A DNA stretch of 24,000 nucleotides from Candidatus Saccharimonadota bacterium (GCA_020428425.1 JAGQMX010000016.1:14793-38792); one strand, 5' to 3'; counted from the stretch's first letter, positions 1-8,677 are shown. A program made the numbers and translations. Notes: generated by a model not told the origin, from the sequence alone.

Positions 1-1212
1 GGCGCTGCCATTAATCGTATGATAGAAGCTGGCGTTGAAGGAGTAGAATTTATTGTCGTTAATACCGACTCACAAGCTTTGCATCATTCTAAGGCCGAGA
101 CCAAGATTCATATTGGTCAAGAAACAACCCGGGGGCTAGGTTCAGGTGCAGACCCTGAAGTAGGCGAAAAAGCTGCAGTGGAATCTCGTGATGAGATAAA
201 GAAAGCCATTGAAGGTGCCGATATGATATTCGTAACTATTGGTGCTGGTGGCGGAACTGGTAGTGGTGCTGGACATGTCGTAGCTGAAGTTGCTAAAGAG
301 ATGAAAATACTAGTAGTAGGTTTTGCTACCAAGCCGTTTGCTTTTGAAGGAGAAAAACGACGAAAGAACGCAGAGCTGGCAATTGAGAAACTAAGAGCTA
401 CAGTGGATACTTTGATAATTATCCCTAATGACAGATTACTTCAGACCATTGATCGACAGACTCCACTGCTTGAAGCATTTAAAGTTGCTGATGACGTATT
501 GCGCCAAGGGGTGCAGGGTATCTCTGACCTGATTACGGTACATGGCCTTATTAATCTAGACTTTGCAGATGTGAAAACTGTTATGAGTGATGCTGGATCA
601 GCCTTGATGGGTATCGGTCGGGCTAGTGGAGAGAACAGGGCTGTCCAAGCTGCCCAACAGGCTATTGAGTCGCCACTACTTGAAGTGTCGATCGACGGTG
701 CTAGAGGTGTGCTGTTTAACGTGATTGGTGGAAACGACATCTCCATGCATGAGATTAATACGGCTGCCGAAACAATTACTGCAGCTGCTGATCCAGGAGC
801 GAATATTATATTTGGTGCAACCATTAATCAGGAACTTGAAGATGAACTTATTATTACAGTAGTAGCAACAGGTTTTGATGAAACGTATTTCCAGAAACAG
901 ACTCCGAACCAAAAACAGGCTGAATTACAGGAGCCTAGCCCAGCATCAGTGACTAGTGATGAAGATGTAAAAGATTTAAACATGGATCTCGATAAAGAAG
1001 ATCCCGAAGATGAAGCTCGAAGTTTCTCTCATGAGCCAAATGTACCTAATATCTGGTCAATTGATCACAAAGAAGATGACAATAATGACGGAAATAATGC
1101 AGATAATGATCATGAAGAGGACAGTGAAATCGAAAAACCATCGTTTTTACGACGCTTAAAAAATCGTAAAAAACAATCTGATTCAAATTCTACAGATACA
1201 GACGAGCAATAA
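1..1212 (+). CDS. ftsZ: Cell division GTPase FtsZ; the 5' end lies upstream of the window
   Basis: Frame 1 is open from base 1 ([11 protein letters not shown]...). Tubulin signature GGGTGSG and VNTDSQAL are present. A long acidic linker precedes a C-terminal [10 protein letters not shown] peptide. Stop TAA at 1210-1212. Confidence 0.95.
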   Translation, partial: GAAINRMIEAGVEGVEFIVVNTDSQALHHSKAETKIHIGQETTRGLGSGADPEVGEKAAVESRDEIKKAIEGADMIFVTIGAGGGTGSGAGHVVAEVAKEMKILVVGFATKPFAFEGEKRRKNAELAIEKLRATVDTLIIIPNDRLLQTIDRQTPLLEAFKVADDVLRQGVQGISDLITVHGLINLDFADVKTVMSDAGSALMGIGRASGENRAVQAAQQAIESPLLEVSIDGARGVLFNVIGGNDISMHEINTAAETITAAADPGANIIFGATINQELEDELIITVVATGFDETYFQKQTPNQKQAELQEPSPASVTSDEDVKDLNMDLDKEDPEDEARSFSHEPNVPNIWSIDHKEDDNNDGNNADNDHEEDSEIEKPSFLRRLKNRKKQSDSNSTDTDEQ

Positions 1213-1220
1213 ATGGACGC

Positions 1221-1242
1221 TGCTGTATTAAATAATACAGCA
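1221..1242 (+). terminator. Hairpin just after the ftsZ stop; weak terminator candidate
   Basis: TGCTGTATT (1221-1229) pairs perfectly with AATACAGCA (1234-1242) around loop AAAT. No clear U-tract follows, so termination is uncertain. Confidence 0.3.
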
Positions 1243-1258
1243 ATAATAAGCTTGAAAA

Positions 1259-1307
1259 GCGCTATGCATAGGGCTATTATGTCTATTACATACGCTACAT
1301 GTAGTAA
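1259..1307 (+). promoter_or_regulatory. Candidate tandem NrdR boxes upstream of nrdR-nrdJ
   Basis: Two perfect 10-bp palindromes, CTATGCATAG (1262-1271) and CTACATGTAG (1295-1304), lie 33 bp centre to centre. Both resemble the core CwAtATaTwG of the NrdR box. They sit 50-95 bp upstream of the nrdR ATG, next to a TATAGT -10-like hexamer (1318-1323). Confidence 0.45.
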
Positions 1308-1355
1308 TATATATAGCTATAGTACGTTGATATTGAACCTGAAGGAGCAGAGGTC

Positions 1356-1829
1356 ATGAAATGTAGAAAGTGTCATAAAACCGAAACAAAAGTCATCGAA
1401 TCAAGAGATGTCGCTGATGGGGATGCTATAAGAAGACGTAGAGAATGTCTGGATTGTAGCTATCGGTTTACAACATACGAGCGCGTTGAGCGACCGCAGT
1501 TAATTATTGTTAAAAACAATGGTACTAGAGAGATGTTTAGTAGAGAGAAATTACTAGCTGGCTTATATCGAGCTTGTGAGAAAACTTCGATCACTAACGT
1601 ACAACTAGAAAAAATTGCAGCTGACGTGGAAAATAGTCTATATAACTGTAGCGATCCAGAAGTGCCAACTAGCAAAATTGGATCTATGGTTATGGATCAA
1701 CTCGGTGCATTGGATGAAGTAGCATATGTACGATTCGCAAGCGTATACCGGAGGTTCAAAGATATAGCAGGGTTTGAGAAAGAATTATCTCGGATTCGAA
1801 AAATAAAAAGTGACCGTATTAAGAAATAA
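1356..1829 (+). CDS. nrdR: Transcriptional repressor NrdR (zinc ribbon plus ATP-cone)
   Basis: N-terminal CxxC...CxxC zinc ribbon (MKCRKCH...CLDCSYRFTTYERVE) followed by an ATP-cone-like region. AGGAG lies upstream of the ATG. Stop TAA. Confidence 0.95.
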   Translation: MKCRKCHKTETKVIESRDVADGDAIRRRRECLDCSYRFTTYERVERPQLIIVKNNGTREMFSREKLLAGLYRACEKTSITNVQLEKIAADVENSLYNCSDPEVPTSKIGSMVMDQLGALDEVAYVRFASVYRRFKDIAGFEKELSRIRKIKSDRIKK

Positions 1830-1953
1830 TTCTTATTTGTTCCCCTCTGGTTCTTTGATATTAAGAGCTAGGTGGGAGCAAATAGTCAACAGATGTGAGC
1901 TGTAGACTAGGTACTCTAACAAAAAATATAAAATTAAAGTGAGTGAGGGTAAT

Positions 1954-4719
1954 ATGGGAGAAACTACTATCCTGGGTAACAGGAGGCTGTACACACGGCC
2001 AAATACTAAGGCTTATGAGTCATTAAAATGGATAAAGACTGATTCAGTTATTGTTAATCCGTTAATGGGTAAGCCAGTTTTCGAGCAAAAGGATGTCGAG
2101 TTTCCTGAAGGCTGGTCATTAAATTCAATAAACATCGTAGCTCAGAAGTACTTTACCGGTACACCAGGAACAAAGGACCGGGAGAAGTCATTAAAGGATC
2201 TTATAAACCGAGTCGTTGATACTGTTACACGACATGGCTTACAAGAAGGCTACTTTGAAGATGACGATGAAGCTACTTCTTTTAAAGAAGAATTAAAATA
2301 CGTACTAGCTACTCAAAGGGCAGCTTTCAATTCTCCAGTTTGGTTTAATATTGGCGCTCCAGAACGCTCACAACAGGCTAGTGCCTGCTTTATACTGGCT
2401 GTTGAAGACACAATGCCGGCAATTCTTAATTGGTATAAAGAAGAGGGAATGATCTTTAAGGGTGGTTCAGGCTCTGGTATTAACCTTAGCTCGATTCGTT
2501 CATCTAAAGAATCTCTAGGTAAGAGTGCTGGTACAGCATCTGGTCCGATGAGCTTTATGCGTGGTGCTGACTCTTCAGCCGGAGCTATTAAAAGCGGTGG
2601 TAAAACCAGAAGAGCCGCCAAAATGGTGATATTAAATGCAGATCATCCAGATATTGAGGAATTTATCTGGTCTAAAGCGATTGAAGAGCGAAAAGCCCGA
2701 GTTCTAAAAGAGAATGGATTTGACATGAGTCTTGATGGCAAGGACTCATTCTCGGTTCAGTACCAAAATGCTAATAACTCAGTTAGGGTATCTGACGAGT
2801 TCATGGAGGCCGTAGAAGCCGATGAAGATTGGGATCTGAAAGCAGTAAAAGACGGTAGAACAGTTCAAACAGTCCGAGCTAAGGATTTGTTTAGGCAAAT
2901 AGCTGAAGCTGCTTGGGAATGCGCTGATCCGGGTATGCAATTTGATACTACTATCAACAACTGGCACACTACACCAAATGCTGGACGGATTAATGGTAGT
3001 AACCCGTGTAGTGAATATATGCACCTAGACAATTCAGCTTGTAACTTAGCTAGCATCAATTTACTTCGTTATCTTAATGATGATCATACTTTCGATATTG
3101 AAGCTTTCAAGCATACCGTAGAGCTAATATTTACAGCTCAAGAAATACTTGTCGGTTACTCCGAATATCCAACCGAGAAGATTACCAAGAACGCCAAAGC
3201 ATATAGAGAGCTAGGTATTGGATACGCTAACCTTGGAGCACTATTAATGGCTCAGGGATTGCCATATGACTCTGATGAAGGACGAGCCCAAGCAGCTGCT
3301 ATTACGGCACTACTTACCGGCCACTCCTATGCCACTAGTGCAAAGTTAGCACGAAGAGTCGGACCATTTGCTGGGTATCATAAAGACCAACAGGGTATGA
3401 TTAAAGTTCTCAAACAACATCGCGAGGCCGTATCACATATTGACGCTAAATTGGTATCTGAAGATCTTCTAAGCGCAGCTACAGCTGCATGGGATGATGC
3501 TGTTGAATTAGGTCAACTGTACGGAGTACGAAACGCCCAAGCTAGTGTATTGGCTCCTACTGGAACAATTGGTCTGATGATGGATTGTGATACTACTGGT
3601 ATAGAACCTGATCTAGGACTAGTAAAAGTAAAGAAACTAGTTGGAGGCGGTACGATGCATATCGTGAACCAGACTGTACCTAGAGCTCTTGATGCCCTTG
3701 GATATACCAAGAAACAGGCTAAAGATATCGTCAGCTATATTGATACTGAGAAAACTATCATTGGCGCACCTCATCTGAAGCCAGAGCATAAGAATGTCTT
3801 TGCTTGTTCAATGGGAGATAACTCAATTCATTATCTAGGACACGTAAAAATGATGTCAGCAGTACAACCTTTCCTTTCTGGAGCAATTAGTAAAACAGTC
3901 AATATGCCTGAAACTGCAACTGTGGAAGATATTGAGCAATTACACATTGACTCCTGGAAAATGGGACTTAAGGCAGTGGCGGTGTATCGAGACAACTGTA
4001 AGGTAGGACAACCACTAAGTATGGCTAAAAAAGATGGAGCAAAGGAAGAGCCAGCTAAACCAGCCGACGAAAAAATTGTTGTAAAAGGTGCAGTAAGAAG
4101 AATGCTTCCTAAGCGACGAAAGAGTAGTACTTACAAATTCCACATCTCCGATCTAAAAGGTTTCTTTACGGTTAGTGAATACCAGGATGGTACTCCAGGC
4201 GAGCTATTCATAAATGTATCGAAGCAGGGTTCAACGCTGTCAGGTCTAATGGACTCATTCGCTATTAGTGTAAGTCACGGTCTGCAATACGGCGTTCCTT
4301 TAAAGAGTTACGTGAAGACTCTAAGAGGTACAAGCTTCGCACCATCTGGAATTACTGACGATGAAGAGATTAGGACGGCAAGTTCAATCACCGACTTTAT
4401 TGTTAGGCGATTGGCGCTAGATTACTTATCTTTTGATGATCGCTTGGAACTAGGTATGGCTGATCTGGATGATATGCCAGATGATCAGACCAGTTTACTT
4501 GGTGATTCGGATTTAGATGACTCAGCTATCGCAGATAGACCCGATGCTGAACAAACTATTGAGGCTTCAAATAGTGAAACTGGTCCGGTTAGCTCCAGTG
4601 CTAGTAAAAGAGGTAAGGATGACACCGCACCACTTTGTTACAACTGCGGTAATCAGACCCAGAGAGCGGGTAGCTGCTACGTTTGTAGCGCTTGTGGTTC
4701 TACAACTGGCTGTAGCTAG
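1954..4719 (+). CDS. nrdJ: Adenosylcobalamin-dependent (class II) ribonucleotide reductase
   Basis: Active-site motifs NPCSEY and ACNLASINL are present, along with a typical NrdJ N-terminus (VFEQKDVEFPEGWS, NIVAQKYF). The tail is Cys-rich (CYNCG...CYVCSACGSTTGCS). ATG 1954 has GAGGG 5 nt upstream; the track start GTG 1939 is an alternative. Stop TAG. Confidence 0.93.
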   Translation: MGETTILGNRRLYTRPNTKAYESLKWIKTDSVIVNPLMGKPVFEQKDVEFPEGWSLNSINIVAQKYFTGTPGTKDREKSLKDLINRVVDTVTRHGLQEGYFEDDDEATSFKEELKYVLATQRAAFNSPVWFNIGAPERSQQASACFILAVEDTMPAILNWYKEEGMIFKGGSGSGINLSSIRSSKESLGKSAGTASGPMSFMRGADSSAGAIKSGGKTRRAAKMVILNADHPDIEEFIWSKAIEERKARVLKENGFDMSLDGKDSFSVQYQNANNSVRVSDEFMEAVEADEDWDLKAVKDGRTVQTVRAKDLFRQIAEAAWECADPGMQFDTTINNWHTTPNAGRINGSNPCSEYMHLDNSACNLASINLLRYLNDDHTFDIEAFKHTVELIFTAQEILVGYSEYPTEKITKNAKAYRELGIGYANLGALLMAQGLPYDSDEGRAQAAAITALLTGHSYATSAKLARRVGPFAGYHKDQQGMIKVLKQHREAVSHIDAKLVSEDLLSAATAAWDDAVELGQLYGVRNAQASVLAPTGTIGLMMDCDTTGIEPDLGLVKVKKLVGGGTMHIVNQTVPRALDALGYTKKQAKDIVSYIDTEKTIIGAPHLKPEHKNVFACSMGDNSIHYLGHVKMMSAVQPFLSGAISKTVNMPETATVEDIEQLHIDSWKMGLKAVAVYRDNCKVGQPLSMAKKDGAKEEPAKPADEKIVVKGAVRRMLPKRRKSSTYKFHISDLKGFFTVSEYQDGTPGELFINVSKQGSTLSGLMDSFAISVSHGLQYGVPLKSYVKTLRGTSFAPSGITDDEEIRTASSITDFIVRRLALDYLSFDDRLELGMADLDDMPDDQTSLLGDSDLDDSAIADRPDAEQTIEASNSETGPVSSSASKRGKDDTAPLCYNCGNQTQRAGSCYVCSACGSTTGCS

Positions 4720-4750
4720 ATAATACTGTGCTTGTGCTAAAATAACTGAT

Positions 4751-5014
4751 ATGAAGATTGTAGTCTTGTATCACCCAAATTCAGATCATTCTCGAAAGAT
4801 TGAGGACTATGCTCGAGATTTTAGTCATCAGTTTGGACACAAGTTAGATCTAATTAGTTTGGAAACTACACAAGGGGCAGAAAAGGCAAGAATGTATGAC
4901 ATCGTCCGCTATCGAGCAGTGATGGCGATGAGTGACTCTGGCCAGCTTCTTAAAGCTTGGCAGGGTCCGGTCTTGCCTCTGATGAACGAAGTATCCTTCT
5001 ACACTAAAGGTTAG
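4751..5014 (+). CDS. Small hypothetical protein, possibly a thioredoxin/NrdH-like fold lacking the redox cysteines
   Basis: 87-aa ORF 31 nt after nrdJ. It has the beta-alpha-beta layout MKIVVLYHPNSDHSRKIEDYA...ISLETTQGAEKARMYDIVRY..V, resembling NrdH/glutaredoxin with SDHS in place of CxxC. It contains no Cys. The similarity is judged by eye only. Confidence 0.6.
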   Translation: MKIVVLYHPNSDHSRKIEDYARDFSHQFGHKLDLISLETTQGAEKARMYDIVRYRAVMAMSDSGQLLKAWQGPVLPLMNEVSFYTKG

Positions 5015-5016
5015 AC

Positions 5017-5045
5017 TTGTCTGTTAAGGGTAGGTGTTGTATTAT
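5017..5045 (+). promoter_or_regulatory. Candidate sigma70-type promoter for the ileS leader
   Basis: TTGTCT (5017-5022), a 17-nt spacer, then TATTAT (5040-5045) with TG immediately upstream. Confidence 0.35.
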
Positions 5046-5051
5046 TGGCTA

Positions 5052-5252
5052 GTAAATGCGTTTCATGAAAATGAATTAGTGACTATCCATCACGAAGCAG
5101 GAGAAAGAAACTGTAACCTAGGTTACAGGAGTAGAATCTACCGGACAAGCCCGTAAGCCTTGAACTAAGAGCTAAAAGAATCACTTCTTTTGGAAGCCAG
5201 ATGGTACCATCCTAGACATTAGGATTCTGGCAGACAAGAGAGGTGATTTTTT
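5052..5252 (+). promoter_or_regulatory. T-box riboswitch-like leader upstream of ileS
   Basis: Exact UGGUACC (5202-5208) lies in a 5' bulge between two helices. These are GCCAG/CUGGC (5196-5200/5227-5231) and AUCCUA/UAGGAU (5209-5214/5220-5225, loop GACAU). A hairpin sits in the Stem III position (5174-5180/5185-5191). AGUAG (5130-5134) and the F-box-like CCGUAA (5151-5156) are present. AUC triplets occur at 5085, 5089 and 5136. The ~230-nt leader precedes an aminoacyl-tRNA synthetase gene. Confidence 0.55.
5181..5252 (+). terminator. Intrinsic terminator of the ileS leader
   Basis: A 12-bp basal helix (two G-U pairs) joins 5181-5192 to 5235-5246. It is followed directly by TTTTTT (5247-5252). 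Confidence 0.5.
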
Positions 5253-5282
5253 ATTGAAAAAAACGAGTACAATAGGAGCAAG

Positions 5283-8213
5283 ATGAAATTTAAAGCTGGA
5301 ACTAGGCGAAAACCAATAGAATACGAAAAGTATTGGGTTAAACAATGGAAAAAAAACGATACTTTTCAGAAGTCGGTAGAGAATAGACCCAAAGATAATA
5401 GTTACGTATTTTATGATGGGCCACCGTTTATCTCTGGGTCACCGCACCACGGTACGTTGCTGAGCTCAATTGTTAAAGACGCAGTTCCTCGATTTCAAAC
5501 TATGAAAGGCAAGCGGGTTGAGCGAGTCTGGGGCTGGGATTGCCATGGATTACCTGCTGAACGATATACAGAGAAGAAGTTAGGTATTCATTCCCGACAA
5601 GAAGTACTGGAGTACGGTATTGAGAAATACATCAAAGCTACTAGAGATAACATGATTCAAACAAGTAGTGAGTGGGAAGAAGTTGTTGATCGAATCGGCC
5701 GGTGGGTAGATTTTAAGGGTGCCTACAAAACTATGGATAAGGAATATATGGAGTCTGTCTGGTGGGCTTTTAAAGAGCTTTATGAAAAAGGTAAAATATA
5801 TGAAGGTGAAAGAGTTCTTATGTACTGCACTTTAGATGGGACACCTCTGTCTAAAGCTGAAGTAACTATGGATGTTGGCGCTTATCAGGATGTTACTGAC
5901 CCTAGTGTGTACGTAAAATTTAAGATAGTTGGAGAAGATTACGCGCTACTGGCTTGGACCACAACACCATGGACATTGCCGGCAAATACGGCAATTGCTG
6001 TTCATAATGATTTAGACTATGTTGAGGTTGAGTTGGAGGGCGAAAAACTGATACTTGGGGCGGAATTGGCACCAAAAGTTCTAACCGATGAGAAGCATAA
6101 TAAATTAGATTATAAGGTTCTACGAACCCTAAAAGGAAAAGAGCTGGTTGGGAAGGAATATGACCCGTTATTCACTGATCGTGGTAATGGAGCTCATAAG
6201 GTCTGGCATGCGGATTACGTGAGTGCTGAAGATGGTTCAGGTATCGTTCACTTAGCACCAGCCTATGGTGAAGAAGACTTTGAGCTTGCTCACAAGAATA
6301 ACATCCCAGTTGTCCATGTTATAGATGAGAATGGCTTTTATACAGAAGGTGAATGGAAAGGGCAAAACGTCTGGGAAGTGAACAAGCCAATTGCTAAAGC
6401 GCTAAAAGAGCGAGCTGATGTCTTGAAAATTGATTACATTCGACATAGTTACCCGCATTGTCATCGTTGCGGCACTCGGTTAATGTATCGAGCTCATCCT
6501 AGCTGGTTTATGAATATCGACGGTCAAAGAGAGAAGATGCTAGAAAAGAACGGTCCGATAAATTGGTTTCCGCCGCATGTAAAAAATGGGCGTTTTGCTA
6601 AAACTATAGAACAAGCTCCGGACTGGAACATATCCAGAGATCGTTTTTGGGCAACGGGTATGCCAGTATGGAAAGGCGTCGATAAATCTGGCAAAGAACG
6701 GGTAAAAGTAGTCGGTAGTTATGCTGAGTTGAAAGAATTATCGGGTGTTGAACTGGATGATTACCACCGGCCTTGGGTAGATGATATCACCTTTGAAATA
6801 GACGGAGTTAAATATTCAAGAATAGATAAAGTAATGGATAGTTGGTTCGAGGCTGGCAGTATGCCTTTCGCTCAGTTCCATTATCCATTTGAAAATAAAC
6901 AAAAGTTTGAAAATAATTTCCCAGGTGATTTTATTGTTGAATACATCGGTCAGGTCAGAGCTTGGTTTTATTATATGCACGCAATGAGCGTGGCCTTATT
7001 CGGTGAAAATTCGTTCAAAAACGTAATTGTAACGGGCAATGTAGCAGGAAATGACGGTCGTAAGATGAGTAAGAGTTATGGAAACTATACCGACCCTAAT
7101 GAACTTATGGATCAATTCTCGGCTGACTCATTAAGGTTTTTATTACTTCAAAGTTCACTTCTTAACGGGGAAGACTTTACCTTACAAGATAAGGAAGTTG
7201 GTGATGTAGCCCGAAAGCTAAGTATGATCTGGAATATGTACGATTTCTTTACAATGTATGCTGAGGTCGATGGTTGGGAATGGGATGGAAAGCACGAAGA
7301 TCCTACTGAACTTTGCAATAACCCACTGGATGTTTGGATTATTAGTAGAGTTCATCAGCTTACAGATGAAGTGCAGAAGCACATGGACGGATATGACATA
7401 CCTAATGCAATGAAGCCAATATTACCTTTCATAGATGATGCTAGTAATTGGTACGTAAGGCGATCACGGCGTAGATTCTGGAAAAGTGGTGACGACTCGG
7501 ATAAAAACGACGCCTACAAGACCCTACACTACGTCTTGGTTCGATTGTCGGTAGTGTTGGCACCATTTACTCCATTCTTGTCGGAAGAGCTCTACCACAA
7601 GCTTACAGGCGGCGAATCAGTTCATTTACTAGACTGGCCAAGCGTAGGACATGTCGATGAGTTAATCCTAGGTAGAATGAAAACAGTAAGACATCTGATA
7701 AACATTGGACTAAGTGTTAGAGCTGAAAATTCTTTGAAGGTAAGACAACCCCTCGCAAAAGCAACCTTGAATGGGGAATACACTGGGTATTCAGATGAAT
7801 TGCTAGATATTATTAAAGAAGAGTTGAATGTTAAAGAAATAGTTGTATCAGACAAGCAACCAAAACCAGTTAAGGCTGCAGTGGAGGATTTTGAGAGTGG
7901 TGATATGAGTCAGCTATACCAGATAGAACTTGATCTAAAATTGACACCTGCACTAGAGCGAGAAGGGCTGGTTAGAGAAGTTATTAGGCAAATTCAGAAT
8001 AATCGTAAAAAAGCTGGACTTGAAGTAGATGATCGAATTAAGCTTGTATTAACTACTACCGATCAGACTCTCGCTCAAGCCATCAAAGAGTATATGACAG
8101 AAATTAAGACTGAAACACTAGCAACAGAGTTAAATGAGGCTGATGGTTTAGAACACAGTAGATCTGTAGAAGTTGGCAATAAGAACCTTATGATCGACTT
8201 AGAAAAGGTTTAA
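5283..8213 (+). CDS. ileS: Isoleucyl-tRNA synthetase, type 2 (eukaryote-like) form
   Basis: HIGH-type motif PHHGT, KMSKS, and a CP1 editing region with WTTTPWTLP. The C-terminus is Cys-free (LTPALEREGLVREVIRQIQNNRKKAGLEVDDRI) rather than the type-1 zinc-finger tail. AGGAG lies 5 nt before the ATG. Confidence 0.97.
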   Translation: MKFKAGTRRKPIEYEKYWVKQWKKNDTFQKSVENRPKDNSYVFYDGPPFISGSPHHGTLLSSIVKDAVPRFQTMKGKRVERVWGWDCHGLPAERYTEKKLGIHSRQEVLEYGIEKYIKATRDNMIQTSSEWEEVVDRIGRWVDFKGAYKTMDKEYMESVWWAFKELYEKGKIYEGERVLMYCTLDGTPLSKAEVTMDVGAYQDVTDPSVYVKFKIVGEDYALLAWTTTPWTLPANTAIAVHNDLDYVEVELEGEKLILGAELAPKVLTDEKHNKLDYKVLRTLKGKELVGKEYDPLFTDRGNGAHKVWHADYVSAEDGSGIVHLAPAYGEEDFELAHKNNIPVVHVIDENGFYTEGEWKGQNVWEVNKPIAKALKERADVLKIDYIRHSYPHCHRCGTRLMYRAHPSWFMNIDGQREKMLEKNGPINWFPPHVKNGRFAKTIEQAPDWNISRDRFWATGMPVWKGVDKSGKERVKVVGSYAELKELSGVELDDYHRPWVDDITFEIDGVKYSRIDKVMDSWFEAGSMPFAQFHYPFENKQKFENNFPGDFIVEYIGQVRAWFYYMHAMSVALFGENSFKNVIVTGNVAGNDGRKMSKSYGNYTDPNELMDQFSADSLRFLLLQSSLLNGEDFTLQDKEVGDVARKLSMIWNMYDFFTMYAEVDGWEWDGKHEDPTELCNNPLDVWIISRVHQLTDEVQKHMDGYDIPNAMKPILPFIDDASNWYVRRSRRRFWKSGDDSDKNDAYKTLHYVLVRLSVVLAPFTPFLSEELYHKLTGGESVHLLDWPSVGHVDELILGRMKTVRHLINIGLSVRAENSLKVRQPLAKATLNGEYTGYSDELLDIIKEELNVKEIVVSDKQPKPVKAAVEDFESGDMSQLYQIELDLKLTPALEREGLVREVIRQIQNNRKKAGLEVDDRIKLVLTTTDQTLAQAIKEYMTEIKTETLATELNEADGLEHSRSVEVGNKNLMIDLEKV

Positions 8214-8281
8214 TCTGACTTTACAGAGGTAGATATATCTGCTACTATCTAATTTGTAACATTTTTTACTAAGGAAGAAAT

Positions 8282-8587
8282 ATGAAAAAAGCTGTAATAG
8301 CTACCGGTGGTAAGCAATACATTGTTCAAGAAGGCGATACTCTAGAGGTAGAGCTGCTTACTGATGAGAAAAAAACCAGTTTTAAGCCCCTGCTAATCAT
8401 TGATGGAAAAGACACTAGTATTGGTAAGCCAATCGTCGACAAAGCTACTGTTAGCGCCGATATCGTAGAATCAGACGTAAAAAACGATAAAGTAACTGCA
8501 ATTCGCTATAAGCCGAAAAAACGCGTTCGTAAAGTTCGTGGTCATCGACAACACAAAACCGTTATTAAGATAACCAAAATATCCTAG
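8282..8587 (+). CDS. rplU: 50S ribosomal protein L21
   Basis: MKKAVIATGGKQYIVQEGDTLEVE... with a basic C-terminus (KPKKRVRKVRGHRQH). AAGGAA RBS. Confidence 0.95.
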   Translation: MKKAVIATGGKQYIVQEGDTLEVELLTDEKKTSFKPLLIIDGKDTSIGKPIVDKATVSADIVESDVKNDKVTAIRYKPKKRVRKVRGHRQHKTVIKITKIS

Positions 8588-8677
8588 CACGATAGGACTG
8601 GTATTATAAGGCTACAAACTAAGTGGCCTAAGCATTTGTATTAATGGACGCTTATGTTTAAATGTACATAGGGAAAA

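Noticed and set aside
117-912. Three minus-strand ORFs (117-332, 441-824, 676-912) inside ftsZ
   Set aside because: They lie antisense to a confidently identified conserved gene. Their products are low-complexity with no motifs, as is typical of shadow ORFs.
1830-1953. Cobalamin riboswitch upstream of the B12-dependent nrdJ
   Set aside because: The spacer is only about 120 nt and I saw no B12-box-like element. That is too short for the riboswitch.
2313-3710. Minus-strand ORFs within nrdJ (2313-2621, 2779-3024, 2865-3059, 3513-3710), and the +2-frame ORF 4517-4723
   Set aside because: These are shadow or alternate-frame ORFs inside a conserved RNR gene. They have no RBS and no recognisable features.
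5133-5140. Reading GAA-UCU-A (5134-5140) as a serine specifier in the T-box-like leader
   Set aside because: The downstream gene is ileS. The UGGU bulge implies an A73 discriminator (Ile-like), whereas tRNA-Ser has G73. The motif is also contiguous with AGUAG rather than on the 3' side of an internal loop.
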